Counted from the stretch's first letter, positions 38,023 through 47,263 are shown. The stretch: 54,622 nucleotides of DNA from a virus (IMGVR_UViG_3300017751_000023:1-54622); one strand, 5' to 3'. Translations and numbers: made by a program. Notes: a model not told the origin generated them from the letters alone.

Positions 38023-40326
38023 TCAAGTAGCCTTAGGTTTAGTGCCTAATCCTTTAGTATTCTTTTTTCGTTTTGCTTTAGCTTTGGGTTTAGATGCTAG
38101 TCCACCTTTATTAACAAAGAAAGGACCACTATCTGGTTGAGAAAATCCTCCTCCTCCTCCTCCAAAGCCAAAACTACTTGCACCAAATTGTGGTGCAGAC
38201 CCTGTATTACCTCCAACACCACCTCCTGATGTTCCTTGTGCTATATCTATAGCTTCCTGCATCTGTCGGTCAAAGGCTTCATTCTGTGCCACAGTATCTA
38301 AATCACCTCTACCTGCTTCTTCTTCTGCTCGTGTTATATCAACTTTAAGATTTTCTACTTCTTTCATATGATTATCTAAAGCATCCTTTTGTACTTTTTT
38401 CCTATTCTTTTCTATTCTTTTTAATGCTTCTTTACCTTCTTTACTATTAACATCTTTAAGACCTGTAACAGTATTAACTTGATTAACTCCATCTTTATTC
38501 TGTGTTATACCTAATAAAGCTTTATCTAGTCTACCCATAACTCCAAGTTCAGATATAGGAGTATTAGCTATTTCTTGAGTTGTTTTATTGGGACTGTCAA
38601 AAGTTAAAACTTCTCCAAGTCCTGTAAAAATATTTTTAGCTGCATTAGCTACTGCACCAACTACACCCCCACCTAATGCAGAAGCCAATGCTCCCAATAC
38701 TGTCGGATTATTAGCATTATCTATAATGGCTTGAACATTTTCTTTTTTCATGTTAATACCAAGTTCTGCAGGTATTAAACCAATTTTTGCAGAAAGAGGT
38801 AAATCTCTATATTCATCTATAGTTAAATCAAATCCATCAATATCTTTCAATCTATCAAAAGATACAGTTAAAGCATTTTTAGCTCTATCTCTATTTTCTT
38901 GCATAGTATCAGGTCGAACTGAAGAAAATGGGTCATCAGATGCTGATATCTCTCTGTCAGAAGATTCTCTTTCATTTCCTAGTGGTGCATCCTCTATATT
39001 AGTTTGTACTTGCTGTATATTAGGAGGTGTTTCAGACCACGGTGACTCTGTATATACTACATCATTAGGATTTGCAAGAGACCCATCAGCGTTATAACGC
39101 ACAACATATGTTCTACCATCTGGATGATAAAATGTTTTTTGTGTTGGCACAGGTCGTGATGGAAAACCTAGACTACCCCCTACAAATCCAAACTGACCCA
39201 AAGGGTCTTCACTTTTAGCTATGGCATCAGCCTGTATATCCGACTCTGTAAGAACTCCCTCAGCTGCATGAATCACTCCCCCCTTATTTACACCAATTAT
39301 CATATTTCTTATTTTTGCTTCATCTTTAGCATCAATAATATCTGCACTTTCTTCAATAGGTTCTCCTCCTATTCTTCCTGCATTTTCCATTTGAGCTAAT
39401 CCCATCTTGGCTTGCATACGCAAGTCTTCAAAAAATTTTACTCCAAAAAATCTAACAACATCTGCAGGTACTACATACTCTCCATCACTTAACTGTGCAG
39501 GTATATCATCTCTAACTTCTTCTGCTAGTGAACCAGATGGAACTTCATTACCACTTATAGGGTCTCTATCCATGCCATCATCTTTTAATCCCCCCTCTTG
39601 CATAAAAGACATTTCCATCTGTTTTTCCATAGCAGTACCACCCTTGTTAAATTTTAATTCCTCTGGTTTTTTAAGAGGAACTCGTGAAGATTTCATAGTT
39701 CCTACATTAGATGCAGGATTAAGTTCATCTGAATAAGGGGTCTCCCCACTTAATATATTTTCTTTATATCGTTTACGAATAGGCTCGTCTAATAGTCCCA
39801 AAGAAAGTTTAAGTTTTAATCCATCTACTTCAGGAGATTCTTTACCCTTTCTAAGGTCTTGAACAATATTTACAACTCTGTCTACAAAATCTTCTTCTGA
39901 AGGATTACCCTCAGCTATCATCTGTCTTCTTAAAGCAACACTAAATTTATTATTATTTACATCAATGTTACTTTCTTCTCCTGTATTTTCCAGAGCTACT
40001 AAATTTTTTATATAAGATTTTATACCTGTTTTATCTTCATCTTTTTTTAGGTTCATATAATTAAAACCTAATTTTTCAAACATATTCATCTTACCTTTTT
40101 CATTAAGTAAAAGACCATGAAATATACCATGCCTAGCTGTATCTTCTGCTCTTTGAAAATCATCACGATATTTTTCGCCTACTTCAATACCTACTGACTC
40201 AGCTTTTTTAGCTTCATCATAAGTTCCTAATAATTTTGCTCCAATATTTCTTGCTGTTAATAAATAATTAACTTTACCAGAATCATCTCTTTCTATAAGT
40301 TTATTTTTAGTTATATACTCAACCAT
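38023..40326 (-). CDS. Multidomain head-associated protein with DDIPAQLSDGEYV domain
   Basis: Lies between portal and scaffold; repeated xNKGG motifs; variable N-terminal domain. Confidence 0.7.
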   Translation of the reverse strand: MVEYITKNKLIERDDSGKVNYLLTARNIGAKLLGTYDEAKKAESVGIEVGEKYRDDFQRAEDTARHGIFHGLLLNEKGKMNMFEKLGFNYMNLKKDEDKTGIKSYIKNLVALENTGEESNIDVNNNKFSVALRRQMIAEGNPSEEDFVDRVVNIVQDLRKGKESPEVDGLKLKLSLGLLDEPIRKRYKENILSGETPYSDELNPASNVGTMKSSRVPLKKPEELKFNKGGTAMEKQMEMSFMQEGGLKDDGMDRDPISGNEVPSGSLAEEVRDDIPAQLSDGEYVVPADVVRFFGVKFFEDLRMQAKMGLAQMENAGRIGGEPIEESADIIDAKDEAKIRNMIIGVNKGGVIHAAEGVLTESDIQADAIAKSEDPLGQFGFVGGSLGFPSRPVPTQKTFYHPDGRTYVVRYNADGSLANPNDVVYTESPWSETPPNIQQVQTNIEDAPLGNERESSDREISASDDPFSSVRPDTMQENRDRAKNALTVSFDRLKDIDGFDLTIDEYRDLPLSAKIGLIPAELGINMKKENVQAIIDNANNPTVLGALASALGGGVVGAVANAAKNIFTGLGEVLTFDSPNKTTQEIANTPISELGVMGRLDKALLGITQNKDGVNQVNTVTGLKDVNSKEGKEALKRIEKNRKKVQKDALDNHMKEVENLKVDITRAEEEAGRGDLDTVAQNEAFDRQMQEAIDIAQGTSGGGVGGNTGSAPQFGASSFGFGGGGGGFSQPDSGPFFVNKGGLASKPKAKAKRKKNTKGLGTKPKAT

Positions 40327-40516
40327 CAGAACCGTTCATTTCTTCTCTAAGATATTTAAGTCTACGTAATGCACCTATTGCTCCCTGTAGTCTGTGAATA
40401 ACAACATGATTATCTGACTGCTCTAAGGCTGTATGATTTTTTGAAATAGCATCATCAAGGTATTCTACAAAATTATCCCACAAAGGTTTATCATTAACTA
40501 GTTGTTTTAGGTTCAT
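40319..40516 (-). CDS. Small conserved protein after the portal
   Basis: HRLQG.I.ALR.L..LRE; ATGA coupling to the portal gene. Confidence 0.75.
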   Translation of the reverse strand: MNLKQLVNDKPLWDNFVEYLDDAISKNHTALEQSDNHVVIHRLQGAIGALRRLKYLREEMNGSDG

Positions 40517-42615
40517 TGTCTAGTTCCAGTAAATCCCGGCTCGTCAGGTGTTGGCACTGAACCTGTGCCTATAGTACCTCCTCCTGTACCCTGTGTATCT
40601 TGAGCCTGTACACCTGCAGGAATTTCTTCTGTTTCTCTTGGGGGTTTACCCTCATTAGGTGGTGGAGGTGGAGGTGGATTTTGTTCTTGAAATTTTTTGA
40701 GTATCTCAGCCTGAACTGCAGCTTGACCCATAGAGTTAGCCACTTTGTCAGGGTCTAAGTCCATAGACTTTGCTATCTCTCTAACAATATAATCCATTCG
40801 TGCAAAAGGAGCAAGAGCAGGATTAGATACTGTCTGCATAAATTGCATTAGCCTTTGACTACGTACTTCATTAGCCATAAGACTTTCTGTACCCTGTGCT
40901 TTAATTTCTAAATCACCTTTTATTTCAGAGTCAAAATCAAACTGCATATTAAAACTAAAAAAAGCTTTACCTAAAGGACCTAGCAGATAATCATCAACAT
41001 TTTTTATAACACTTCTAATAGAGTTATTAGCAGCGTTCATTAACATACTAATACCTGATGCTGTACGTCCTACTCCTGATATACCTGTCTGACCATGAGC
41101 AAAAGATGGAAAGCCTGTACTCTCGTCTGCTAACTGTCGTGCTTTGTCAAACATCTGCATGTTTTCATTCGACACATTAGGAAACTTTGTACCAAAGATA
41201 GCCTGTCCCGGTGCGCCGCCTTGTCTTCTAAATATTTTTCCCGGATACACAGATAAGTCTTGTCCCGGAACTAAATTTGTTTCATCTACTTCTATAATAA
41301 GATTACCTGACAGTGCAGCATTATCTACGGACATACGCATAAAACCATTCATCAGTGTCTGTGTATCATCCATGTTTTCTGCAATACCTACACCAAATAT
41401 ACTGTATGGGTTCATTTCGTAGGGTGTTGCATAGTAGGGTAGATAGGCAGGAGTAAACGGATTCATAACAAGTCTGAGAACATTGTTGTTACATATCCAA
41501 ATATTTACACTAACTTGTTCTACATCACCTAACTCTTCAGGTATATCAACATCATACTCTTCTATTATATCTCTATCAACAAATCCCCAAAACTCTAGAA
41601 CCTCAAACCTTTCGGCTCTGTCCTCTTGGTTATTGTCTTCCATAACATGTTCCCACCACTCTTTATTGTACATCTCTCCTTCATTAAGAGACTTATCAAT
41701 AGCATTTTCTCTAAAGAATGGTCTTTTCTTTAATGCACGTAACTGAGAACGAGACATCTTGTGTCTCTCTATAATAAACTCTGCTTCATCCATATTACTT
41801 GCATCAGGGTCTGGATAAAAATTCCAAATAGATACGTGAGAAGTTTGTGGTACAGTTTTAAAAAGTGGGCTATAGATTCCCTCTTCATTCCAATTAGGAT
41901 ACTCTTTATCTACAGCAAAAGGTCCTTTCATTATGCCTGTTCCAAAAAGAGCCGCTTCAAAGGCTGCGGCTCGTAGTTGTTTTTTAGCATTAGACTCTTC
42001 TAATTGGTCATGTATTTTCTTTTCCATCTTCTTGGCTGCAACCATTGCAGGATGAAAGTTAACAGACGTAGGACTACCTGTTGATTTAAAATCTATTTTA
42101 TCTTGAACAGGATTTAAATCATCTGTTAAAGGACCAACTCTTTCGTTAAACTCTGGAAGTGTTTCTCCTGCCAATAGTTTAGGTAGTTCTTTAGGTGCTG
42201 TACCTGCTTGTTCTGTAGCTTCTTTTAGCTGTGGATTTGTTTCTAAACTTACTGTATCTTCTACACCATCAGGTAAAATTGTAGGGTCTATACTGAGTGG
42301 AAACTTATTACCACCAAACAATACTTCTACAAGCTGTCCATAAGCAGCAAGAACTTTTGTTTTGGTTACTTTAACAAATACCTTTGATTTTTCTGTAGAA
42401 GTAAACTGTACATCAGGACTATATAAACCACGATAGTTTCTGTAAGCCTGTATCCATCGCTCTTCATCACCTCGTCTGTTTGTTTCTGCTTTGGAGTATT
42501 TACCTTTTACAAAACTAACTATGTCTCCTGCAGGTGCATCTGTTAGTGCATCCTGCTCCATATCCTCAATTGCTGATGCTTCTATTGAGTCAGGGTTTAT
42601 ATTATCTTCTTCCAT
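40513..42615 (-). CDS. Portal protein
   Basis: W..AYRNYRG.Y, FGTGIMKGP, WNFYPDP, FGVGI.ENM.D.Q, RTASG.SM; follows TerL. Confidence 0.9.
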   Translation of the reverse strand: MEEDNINPDSIEASAIEDMEQDALTDAPAGDIVSFVKGKYSKAETNRRGDEERWIQAYRNYRGLYSPDVQFTSTEKSKVFVKVTKTKVLAAYGQLVEVLFGGNKFPLSIDPTILPDGVEDTVSLETNPQLKEATEQAGTAPKELPKLLAGETLPEFNERVGPLTDDLNPVQDKIDFKSTGSPTSVNFHPAMVAAKKMEKKIHDQLEESNAKKQLRAAAFEAALFGTGIMKGPFAVDKEYPNWNEEGIYSPLFKTVPQTSHVSIWNFYPDPDASNMDEAEFIIERHKMSRSQLRALKKRPFFRENAIDKSLNEGEMYNKEWWEHVMEDNNQEDRAERFEVLEFWGFVDRDIIEEYDVDIPEELGDVEQVSVNIWICNNNVLRLVMNPFTPAYLPYYATPYEMNPYSIFGVGIAENMDDTQTLMNGFMRMSVDNAALSGNLIIEVDETNLVPGQDLSVYPGKIFRRQGGAPGQAIFGTKFPNVSNENMQMFDKARQLADESTGFPSFAHGQTGISGVGRTASGISMLMNAANNSIRSVIKNVDDYLLGPLGKAFFSFNMQFDFDSEIKGDLEIKAQGTESLMANEVRSQRLMQFMQTVSNPALAPFARMDYIVREIAKSMDLDPDKVANSMGQAAVQAEILKKFQEQNPPPPPPPNEGKPPRETEEIPAGVQAQDTQGTGGGTIGTGSVPTPDEPGFTGTRQ

Positions 42616-42623
42616 ATTTTACC

Positions 42624-44180
42624 TCAGTATCCAAAAGTTGAGTCAGCCATTTGAAAACCAGAACGCTGCATATCTGGGTTGTAGTCAAACAAACTACTAC
42701 GTGGTCGTGTCATTACACCATACCGTAGTGCATCGTATAAGTGGTCTTCCGACTTTGTATCTACATCTTCCGAGTTGTTCTTGTCGAGTGGGATAGAAGG
42801 AAGTTGAGATATAATATTTGTACAAGTGTTAAAGAAGACAATGCGTGGTTCTTCGGTAAATTCATCAACTTGCAATCGTCTGTGTATTTCGTTCTTTCCT
42901 GCAATTCTACTTCCTTTACTTCTATCTGAAGGTCTCCAACGACAGCCTTTAATTATCATCTGCTCGGCTAGTGAAGGTCCTGTATCTCCTCGTTTATGCC
43001 ACAAAGAACTATCTAGTACACCGTAGCGTATCGTCCCATCTTCCTGTTCAGCTTCAAGCACCATATCAGCTAAGTCTGTTGCCAATACTTTTGATGCATA
43101 CAACTCTCTGTAGACTACTAGTTGCTCTGAGGGTGTTACAGCTATCCAAACAACTCCTGTATGACTTCCGTATCCATAGTCACAGGCTCTAAACTTTGTC
43201 CAACTGTTTGGTATACTATAAGGGTCAACAACGTGTATAGTCCTATTCCACTCTGGAAATGCTGCTCCTTCATTAACATCCCAATTACCCTCTAGTAGTT
43301 GCTTGCGTTGATACTCAGGTAAAGATAAAAGGTTTGCTTCATACATCCCATCTTCAGCTAGATACGGATTATCAAAAAGAGTAGCAGGAATAAATCGCCT
43401 TTTAAATAATGGTTTGCCTTCTTGACTGTGACCCTTAGGCATTTGAAGAATCTTGCCTGTCTCTAGGTCTGTTGCCCAAAAGGATGTGTTGTGTGGTGCA
43501 GGGTCAATAAACATTTTCTTTACCCAACTGTGTCCTGCTCCTCCGGGGTTTGATGTAGCTCTCTGGTATAAATCTAGTCCACTTCCTTTTGCTGTACGTA
43601 GTCTTGACCTCATGTAGTCAAATGGATAAGGACTTCCCCACTGTGTAAGTTCATCAAACCCTATCCAACTAAAAGCCTGTCCCTGATACCGTGTAACATC
43701 ATCATCTCTGTCTAGGTAAGACATCCAGAGCGTTGCTCCTGATGGTGCTACCCAAGTCTTGTCTCTTTCCATAAAGCGTATATTAGGTATTGCCTGTGGG
43801 TAGAGTTGTTTAGAAACAGAGATAAGTTCTCTTAGTTCCTCTGTTGTACGTCTTATTAATAGTCCTCTAAACTGAGGATTATTAAAGTAACGTACAGGGT
43901 CGGCTAACATTGCGTAAGACTTACCACCTCCTGCTGAACCACCGTATAACACTTCACGTTCTGTAGACGAAAGAAACTCTGTTTGTGGTCCTTTATTTGG
44001 TTGGAAGATAACATTTTGTGCTTCTTCCGTTTCTATCGGCTCAGGCTTCGGTTGTGCCTGTACCTTGGTCTCTTGCACCAAATCTTGTGGTTTCGATTTT
44101 TTCTGCCTTCTCAAGGGCTTCTTTGTACCTTTGGGCAAGGTAGCGTTGGTTTGAAGCTTCTCTCTTACGCTTTTGTTCAA
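42624..44180 (-). CDS. terL: Terminase large subunit (true start possibly ~44078-44081)
   Basis: YGGSAGGGKS Walker A, WIGFDEL Walker B, ATSNPGG, DYGY, EDHLYDALRY. Confidence 0.95.
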   Translation of the reverse strand: MNKSVREKLQTNATLPKGTKKPLRRQKKSKPQDLVQETKVQAQPKPEPIETEEAQNVIFQPNKGPQTEFLSSTEREVLYGGSAGGGKSYAMLADPVRYFNNPQFRGLLIRRTTEELRELISVSKQLYPQAIPNIRFMERDKTWVAPSGATLWMSYLDRDDDVTRYQGQAFSWIGFDELTQWGSPYPFDYMRSRLRTAKGSGLDLYQRATSNPGGAGHSWVKKMFIDPAPHNTSFWATDLETGKILQMPKGHSQEGKPLFKRRFIPATLFDNPYLAEDGMYEANLLSLPEYQRKQLLEGNWDVNEGAAFPEWNRTIHVVDPYSIPNSWTKFRACDYGYGSHTGVVWIAVTPSEQLVVYRELYASKVLATDLADMVLEAEQEDGTIRYGVLDSSLWHKRGDTGPSLAEQMIIKGCRWRPSDRSKGSRIAGKNEIHRRLQVDEFTEEPRIVFFNTCTNIISQLPSIPLDKNNSEDVDTKSEDHLYDALRYGVMTRPRSSLFDYNPDMQRSGFQMADSTFGY

Positions 44181-44457
44181 GTTTTACTCTTTTCATCAAA
44201 CCTACATGGGATATGTAGCGTCCAGACTGTTCACTCAACCAGTTCGATACATCTCTGTAGCTGTACTGTTTTAAATACTTCTTAGCCTTCTCTAACAAAT
44301 CTAATTCTTCTACTATTGGTAAAAGAATATCTTTGTCTTCTGCGTCTTGTTTGTAGCCAAAGGGTACAGTCCGTCCTACTCGTACAACAGGTTGCCAATC
44401 AAACCCATCTTCTGTTTCCTCTGGTACAGGCAGTTTCCAGTCTTTAGTCGTTCTCAT
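44041..44457 (-). CDS. Conserved HTH-like protein in the terminase locus
   Basis: VPFGY, YSYRDV..WL...GRYISH.GL.KR. Confidence 0.7.
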   Translation of the reverse strand: MRTTKDWKLPVPEETEDGFDWQPVVRVGRTVPFGYKQDAEDKDILLPIVEELDLLEKAKKYLKQYSYRDVSNWLSEQSGRYISHVGLMKRVKLEQKRKREASNQRYLAQRYKEALEKAEKIETTRFGARDQGTGTTEA

Positions 44458-44806
44458 TATTCTTTGGTGGTAGGATGAACAGAGGACTAGCTGCCGTTAC
44501 CTCTACCTTATCCGTTTTAGTAAATCCACTACGGTCTAGTACATCCTTAGCTGCTACCATCTTTTCTTTATTACCTAAGTCTGTAGGACTGTGCATTACT
44601 TCATACATAGAATAGGCTGCTTTAGTAGCTGCAGAAGAAATAAATTGTTTAGTCAAGTCAGCTATTTGTTCTTTAAGAGCAGCAGTAACAGAGGAAGTAG
44701 CAACATTGTCACTGTATCCTGCAAGCTTCTTAGCCTGAAGAGGATTACCTCGTGCTTCTTCAAAGAGTACATCTAGAAACTTTTGTTGTTTTTCTGTAAG
44801 TGCCAT
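44444..44806 (-). CDS. terS: Terminase small subunit (putative)
   Basis: LTEKQQKF...A...AGYS HTH start, A.DVLDR.G; located upstream of terL. Confidence 0.7.
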   Translation of the reverse strand: MALTEKQQKFLDVLFEEARGNPLQAKKLAGYSDNVATSSVTAALKEQIADLTKQFISSAATKAAYSMYEVMHSPTDLGNKEKMVAAKDVLDRSGFTKTDKVEVTAASPLFILPPKNNEND

Positions 44807-45273
44807 TAGTTTAACTCAAAATGAGGACCATCAATAAATGGTCTTCTGCCTTGACTTCTTCTTACGTCTATGTAATTATTCATAGCGTCTTCCATTGGTC
44901 TTTCCCAATCAGTTATGCTGTCTATATTCCATGCTGCTCCCCAACGTATATTAGCTCCAGTTTCTTTAGCTGCGGCTTTCATTGCGTCTGCTATATCATC
45001 ATACATCACAATGTCCCAACTTGGGTTACTGCCATCGTAAGCCATTAAATCAACAGCGTGTGATGTTCCGTCATCCTGTATAAGGTGGCGAGACTTCATT
45101 GTTTGTGAGCGTCCTGCATTGTACAGCTTCTCCTGCTCTTCTAAAGAACGGACACCATAGATAACTCCAAAGTCCACTTTGCTCACTTCGATAGCACGTT
45201 TTACTGTATCCACTAGTACAGGATTTACACCCTCTAGTTTACCTAGACTTCTACTTGATAGTTTAAATGTCAC
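44806..45273 (-). CDS. Endolysin, M15 family L-Ala-D-Glu peptidase
   Basis: G.RS..EQ, SRH, HAVD, RWG, DGPHFEL. Confidence 0.88.
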   Translation of the reverse strand: MTFKLSSRSLGKLEGVNPVLVDTVKRAIEVSKVDFGVIYGVRSLEEQEKLYNAGRSQTMKSRHLIQDDGTSHAVDLMAYDGSNPSWDIVMYDDIADAMKAAAKETGANIRWGAAWNIDSITDWERPMEDAMNNYIDVRRSQGRRPFIDGPHFELN

Positions 45274-45512
45274 GGCTTTACTCCTTTTGGTAAAAAATCA
45301 ACAAGTTTTGGTTTTGGAGGTTGTATAAACTTTGGTATAGTTTTCCAAAATTTAAGTTCTTTTGCTAGTTTATCCCTTGCTACAGATACAGCACCTTCAT
45401 TTATAAGAGCCTGTGTTTGTGGATTTAACTGTGCAGTCTTTTGCATTTCTTTAAATCCCATACCATTTGTTAAACGAGTTACTTTTTTACCATTACTTTT
45501 AGGTATAGACAT
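45270..45512 (-). CDS. Hypothetical basic protein
   Basis: Coupled by stop/start overlaps on both sides. Confidence 0.6.
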   Translation of the reverse strand: MSIPKSNGKKVTRLTNGMGFKEMQKTAQLNPQTQALINEGAVSVARDKLAKELKFWKTIPKFIQPPKPKLVDFLPKGVKP

Positions 45513-45874
45513 TATTTCTTTTTCATCCCATTAAAAAATTTACCTGCAGACCGTGTGGCAAAACTTGCAGATACAATAGCTCCTAAGGCTATCTGATACC
45601 ACTGTGGCATACCTGCCAAAGCCGTAAATCCGTCTGCTACTATACCCCTCCCCCATTCACCACAGAAGCTCAGTACTAGAGGAATGCTGAACAGTAGAGT
45701 CAGCCATTCATCTTTCCACGAAGACTGTGATGCCCTCATAGCAGCTAAGTCCCAATCTATCTCACCTGTGGCTTCTTTCATGCGAATGGTTGCTTCAGCC
45801 TTCTGAACAGCAACCTTACCATCTAGGTAAGAAGATGCTAAACTAGATACAGAACTTAGTAGTGTACCTAGCAT
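45512..45874 (-). CDS. Holin-like membrane protein
   Basis: SWKDEW, TM segments, P.WY...V.ASF; located in the lysis cluster. Confidence 0.7.
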   Translation of the reverse strand: MLGTLLSSVSSLASSYLDGKVAVQKAEATIRMKEATGEIDWDLAAMRASQSSWKDEWLTLLFSIPLVLSFCGEWGRGIVADGFTALAGMPQWYQIALGAIVSASFATRSAGKFFNGMKKK

Positions 45875-45948
45875 TATACGCAGTCACAATCTTCATGGCA
45901 TTTTTTATTTAACAATGCACACCATAATCTTTTTAAATATTTTCTCAT
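45874..45948 (-). CDS. 24-aa Cys-rich micropeptide
   Basis: MRKYLKRLWCALLNKKCHEDCDCV; ATGA overlap upstream and TAATG overlap downstream. Confidence 0.5.
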   Translation of the reverse strand: MRKYLKRLWCALLNKKCHEDCDCV

Positions 45949-46172
45949 CGTTCTTCTTTCCTCATCCCTTTTGTTTCTAATTTCTCTGCTCCCATCCAGA
46001 TTGCAAAGCTCCCTGTCATTGCTCCTGTAATCACGGATATTAGTCCTGCCTGTTGTGTGGTCAACTCTGGCTGACTCAAAGCCCATTCTATACAACGAAT
46101 GTAAACTCCTGTCATAACAAGCATCATAAGTCTTGGAAGTATTCGCCATCTGTCAAGTGTCTCTGGAGTCAT
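45945..46172 (-). CDS. Two-TM membrane protein
   Basis: LDRWRILPRLMM...W...QAGLIS..GA. Confidence 0.7.
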   Translation of the reverse strand: MTPETLDRWRILPRLMMLVMTGVYIRCIEWALSQPELTTQQAGLISVITGAMTGSFAIWMGAEKLETKGMRKEER

Positions 46173-46290
46173 CTTTATCCTTTATAACTTCCTTTACCCA
46201 ATTACCGTTTTCCCCAGTCTTCTCACAATACTCACACTTGTCATCTTCAATGTGATGCCCACAGACTTCACAGGTAGGCTCATAAAGCAT
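46153..46290 (-). CDS. 45-aa Zn-ribbon micropeptide (not in ORF track)
   Basis: MLYEPTCEVCGHHIEDDKCEYCEK...; TGATG coupling to the upstream gene. Confidence 0.55.
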   Translation of the reverse strand: MLYEPTCEVCGHHIEDDKCEYCEKTGENGNWVKEVIKDKDDSRDT

Positions 46291-46559
46291 CAACTGTCTA
46301 CACTATTATTCTGTGCTATAAACTTATTAAGCACATCTTCGTTTACGCATATAACTCTTTCTACAGGTCTTTGCCTATAAAACTTCCATACAGTTTTTAC
46401 AAGGGGTTCAGGATTATTCTTTACAAACTCTTTACACTCAGTTACACTATGAAAGTGTCCGTGTTTTGGTTGCTTAAATACTAATATATCCTGCATACCA
46501 TTGTTATGGACTCCTAGCATTACAGCTACAGCAAACCATGCCTTAACTATCATTCTCAA
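46290..46559 (-). CDS. Hypothetical protein with signal-like N-terminus
   Basis: AGGA RBS; hydrophobic start and two Cys. Confidence 0.6.
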   Translation of the reverse strand: MRMIVKAWFAVAVMLGVHNNGMQDILVFKQPKHGHFHSVTECKEFVKNNPEPLVKTVWKFYRQRPVERVICVNEDVLNKFIAQNNSVDS

Positions 46560-46570
46560 AGTATCCTATG

Positions 46571-46819
46571 TTATGTAACTTTTCTATAACTTCTTGTTTT
46601 TTTAGCGATGCTTTTAGGTTGCTTAACGAATTGCTTTCCTGCCTTTGTGCCTTTTCTTTTAGCTTTAGTTGTTGCTGCGTACTCTTTGGGTGATAGAGCT
46701 TTGATTGCAGCTTCTGGAAGATAGCGTTCTCCAGTTTTGCTACTGGGTTTACCACTCTTGGTTCTCCACTTTTGTTTTGACCATGATTTAAGACTTCTTT
46801 GACTTTTCTTTAGTGGCAT
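46571..46819 (-). CDS. Small basic protein, like the C-terminal half of DUF5872
   Basis: SQRSLK.W..Q.WRTKSG...GERYLP..AI..LS. Confidence 0.7.
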   Translation of the reverse strand: MPLKKSQRSLKSWSKQKWRTKSGKPSSKTGERYLPEAAIKALSPKEYAATTKAKRKGTKAGKQFVKQPKSIAKKTRSYRKVT

Positions 46820-47102
46820 TATGTTTTCTCTTTAACGAAACTTTTGCTTGCTTGGCGAGTCTGGACTGTGTAGTTTTCCCTTGAACGGCTGCACGTTGCT
46901 CCAGAACGGTGAGGATTTGTGTTTTCCTTGCGTATGGTTTGCTAATTCTCTTAACTTTAGAAATAGTGTCTTTCGCATCTTGGATGGTTGCATACTTAAT
47001 ACTCACCGTATCTTTAGGATTCTCATCCGTGTATAGCCTTCTGCCTGTATTTTTAGGCTTCTTGCCTGTGCCAACTTTAGGGTCTTTAGCGATAACCACC
47101 AC
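46788..47102 (-). CDS. Small basic conserved phage protein (start uncertain)
   Basis: KDPKVGTGKKPK..GRRLYTDENPKDTV; only GTG starts are available. Confidence 0.65.
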   Translation of the reverse strand: MVVIAKDPKVGTGKKPKNTGRRLYTDENPKDTVSIKYATIQDAKDTISKVKRISKPYARKTQILTVLEQRAAVQGKTTQSRLAKQAKVSLKRKHNATKEKSKKS

Positions 47103-47259
47103 CCTTAGCTTTGTACTGCTTGGCTAACATCTGAGCCTTTCTAGCACTCCACTGTCCGGGCTTCCCACCAGAAGAACCTGCTTTGATTCGGCTAAACAGG
47201 TTCTTTCGCATAGTAGGTTTGGTATAGTTACCTGCCTTATTAACGGTTGACTTAGCCAT
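47086..47259 (-). CDS. 57-aa basic protein, like the N-terminal half of DUF5872 (not in ORF track)
   Basis: MAKSTVNKAGNYTKPTMRK...GGKPGQWSARKAQMLAKQYKAKGGGYR*. Confidence 0.75.
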   Translation of the reverse strand: MAKSTVNKAGNYTKPTMRKNLFSRIKAGSSGGKPGQWSARKAQMLAKQYKAKGGGYR

Positions 47260-47263
47260 ATGA

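Noticed and set aside
45874-46149. 91-aa ORF in the track
   Set aside because: Mostly overlaps the better-supported 45945-46172 gene; only the last 24 codons are coupled and plausible.
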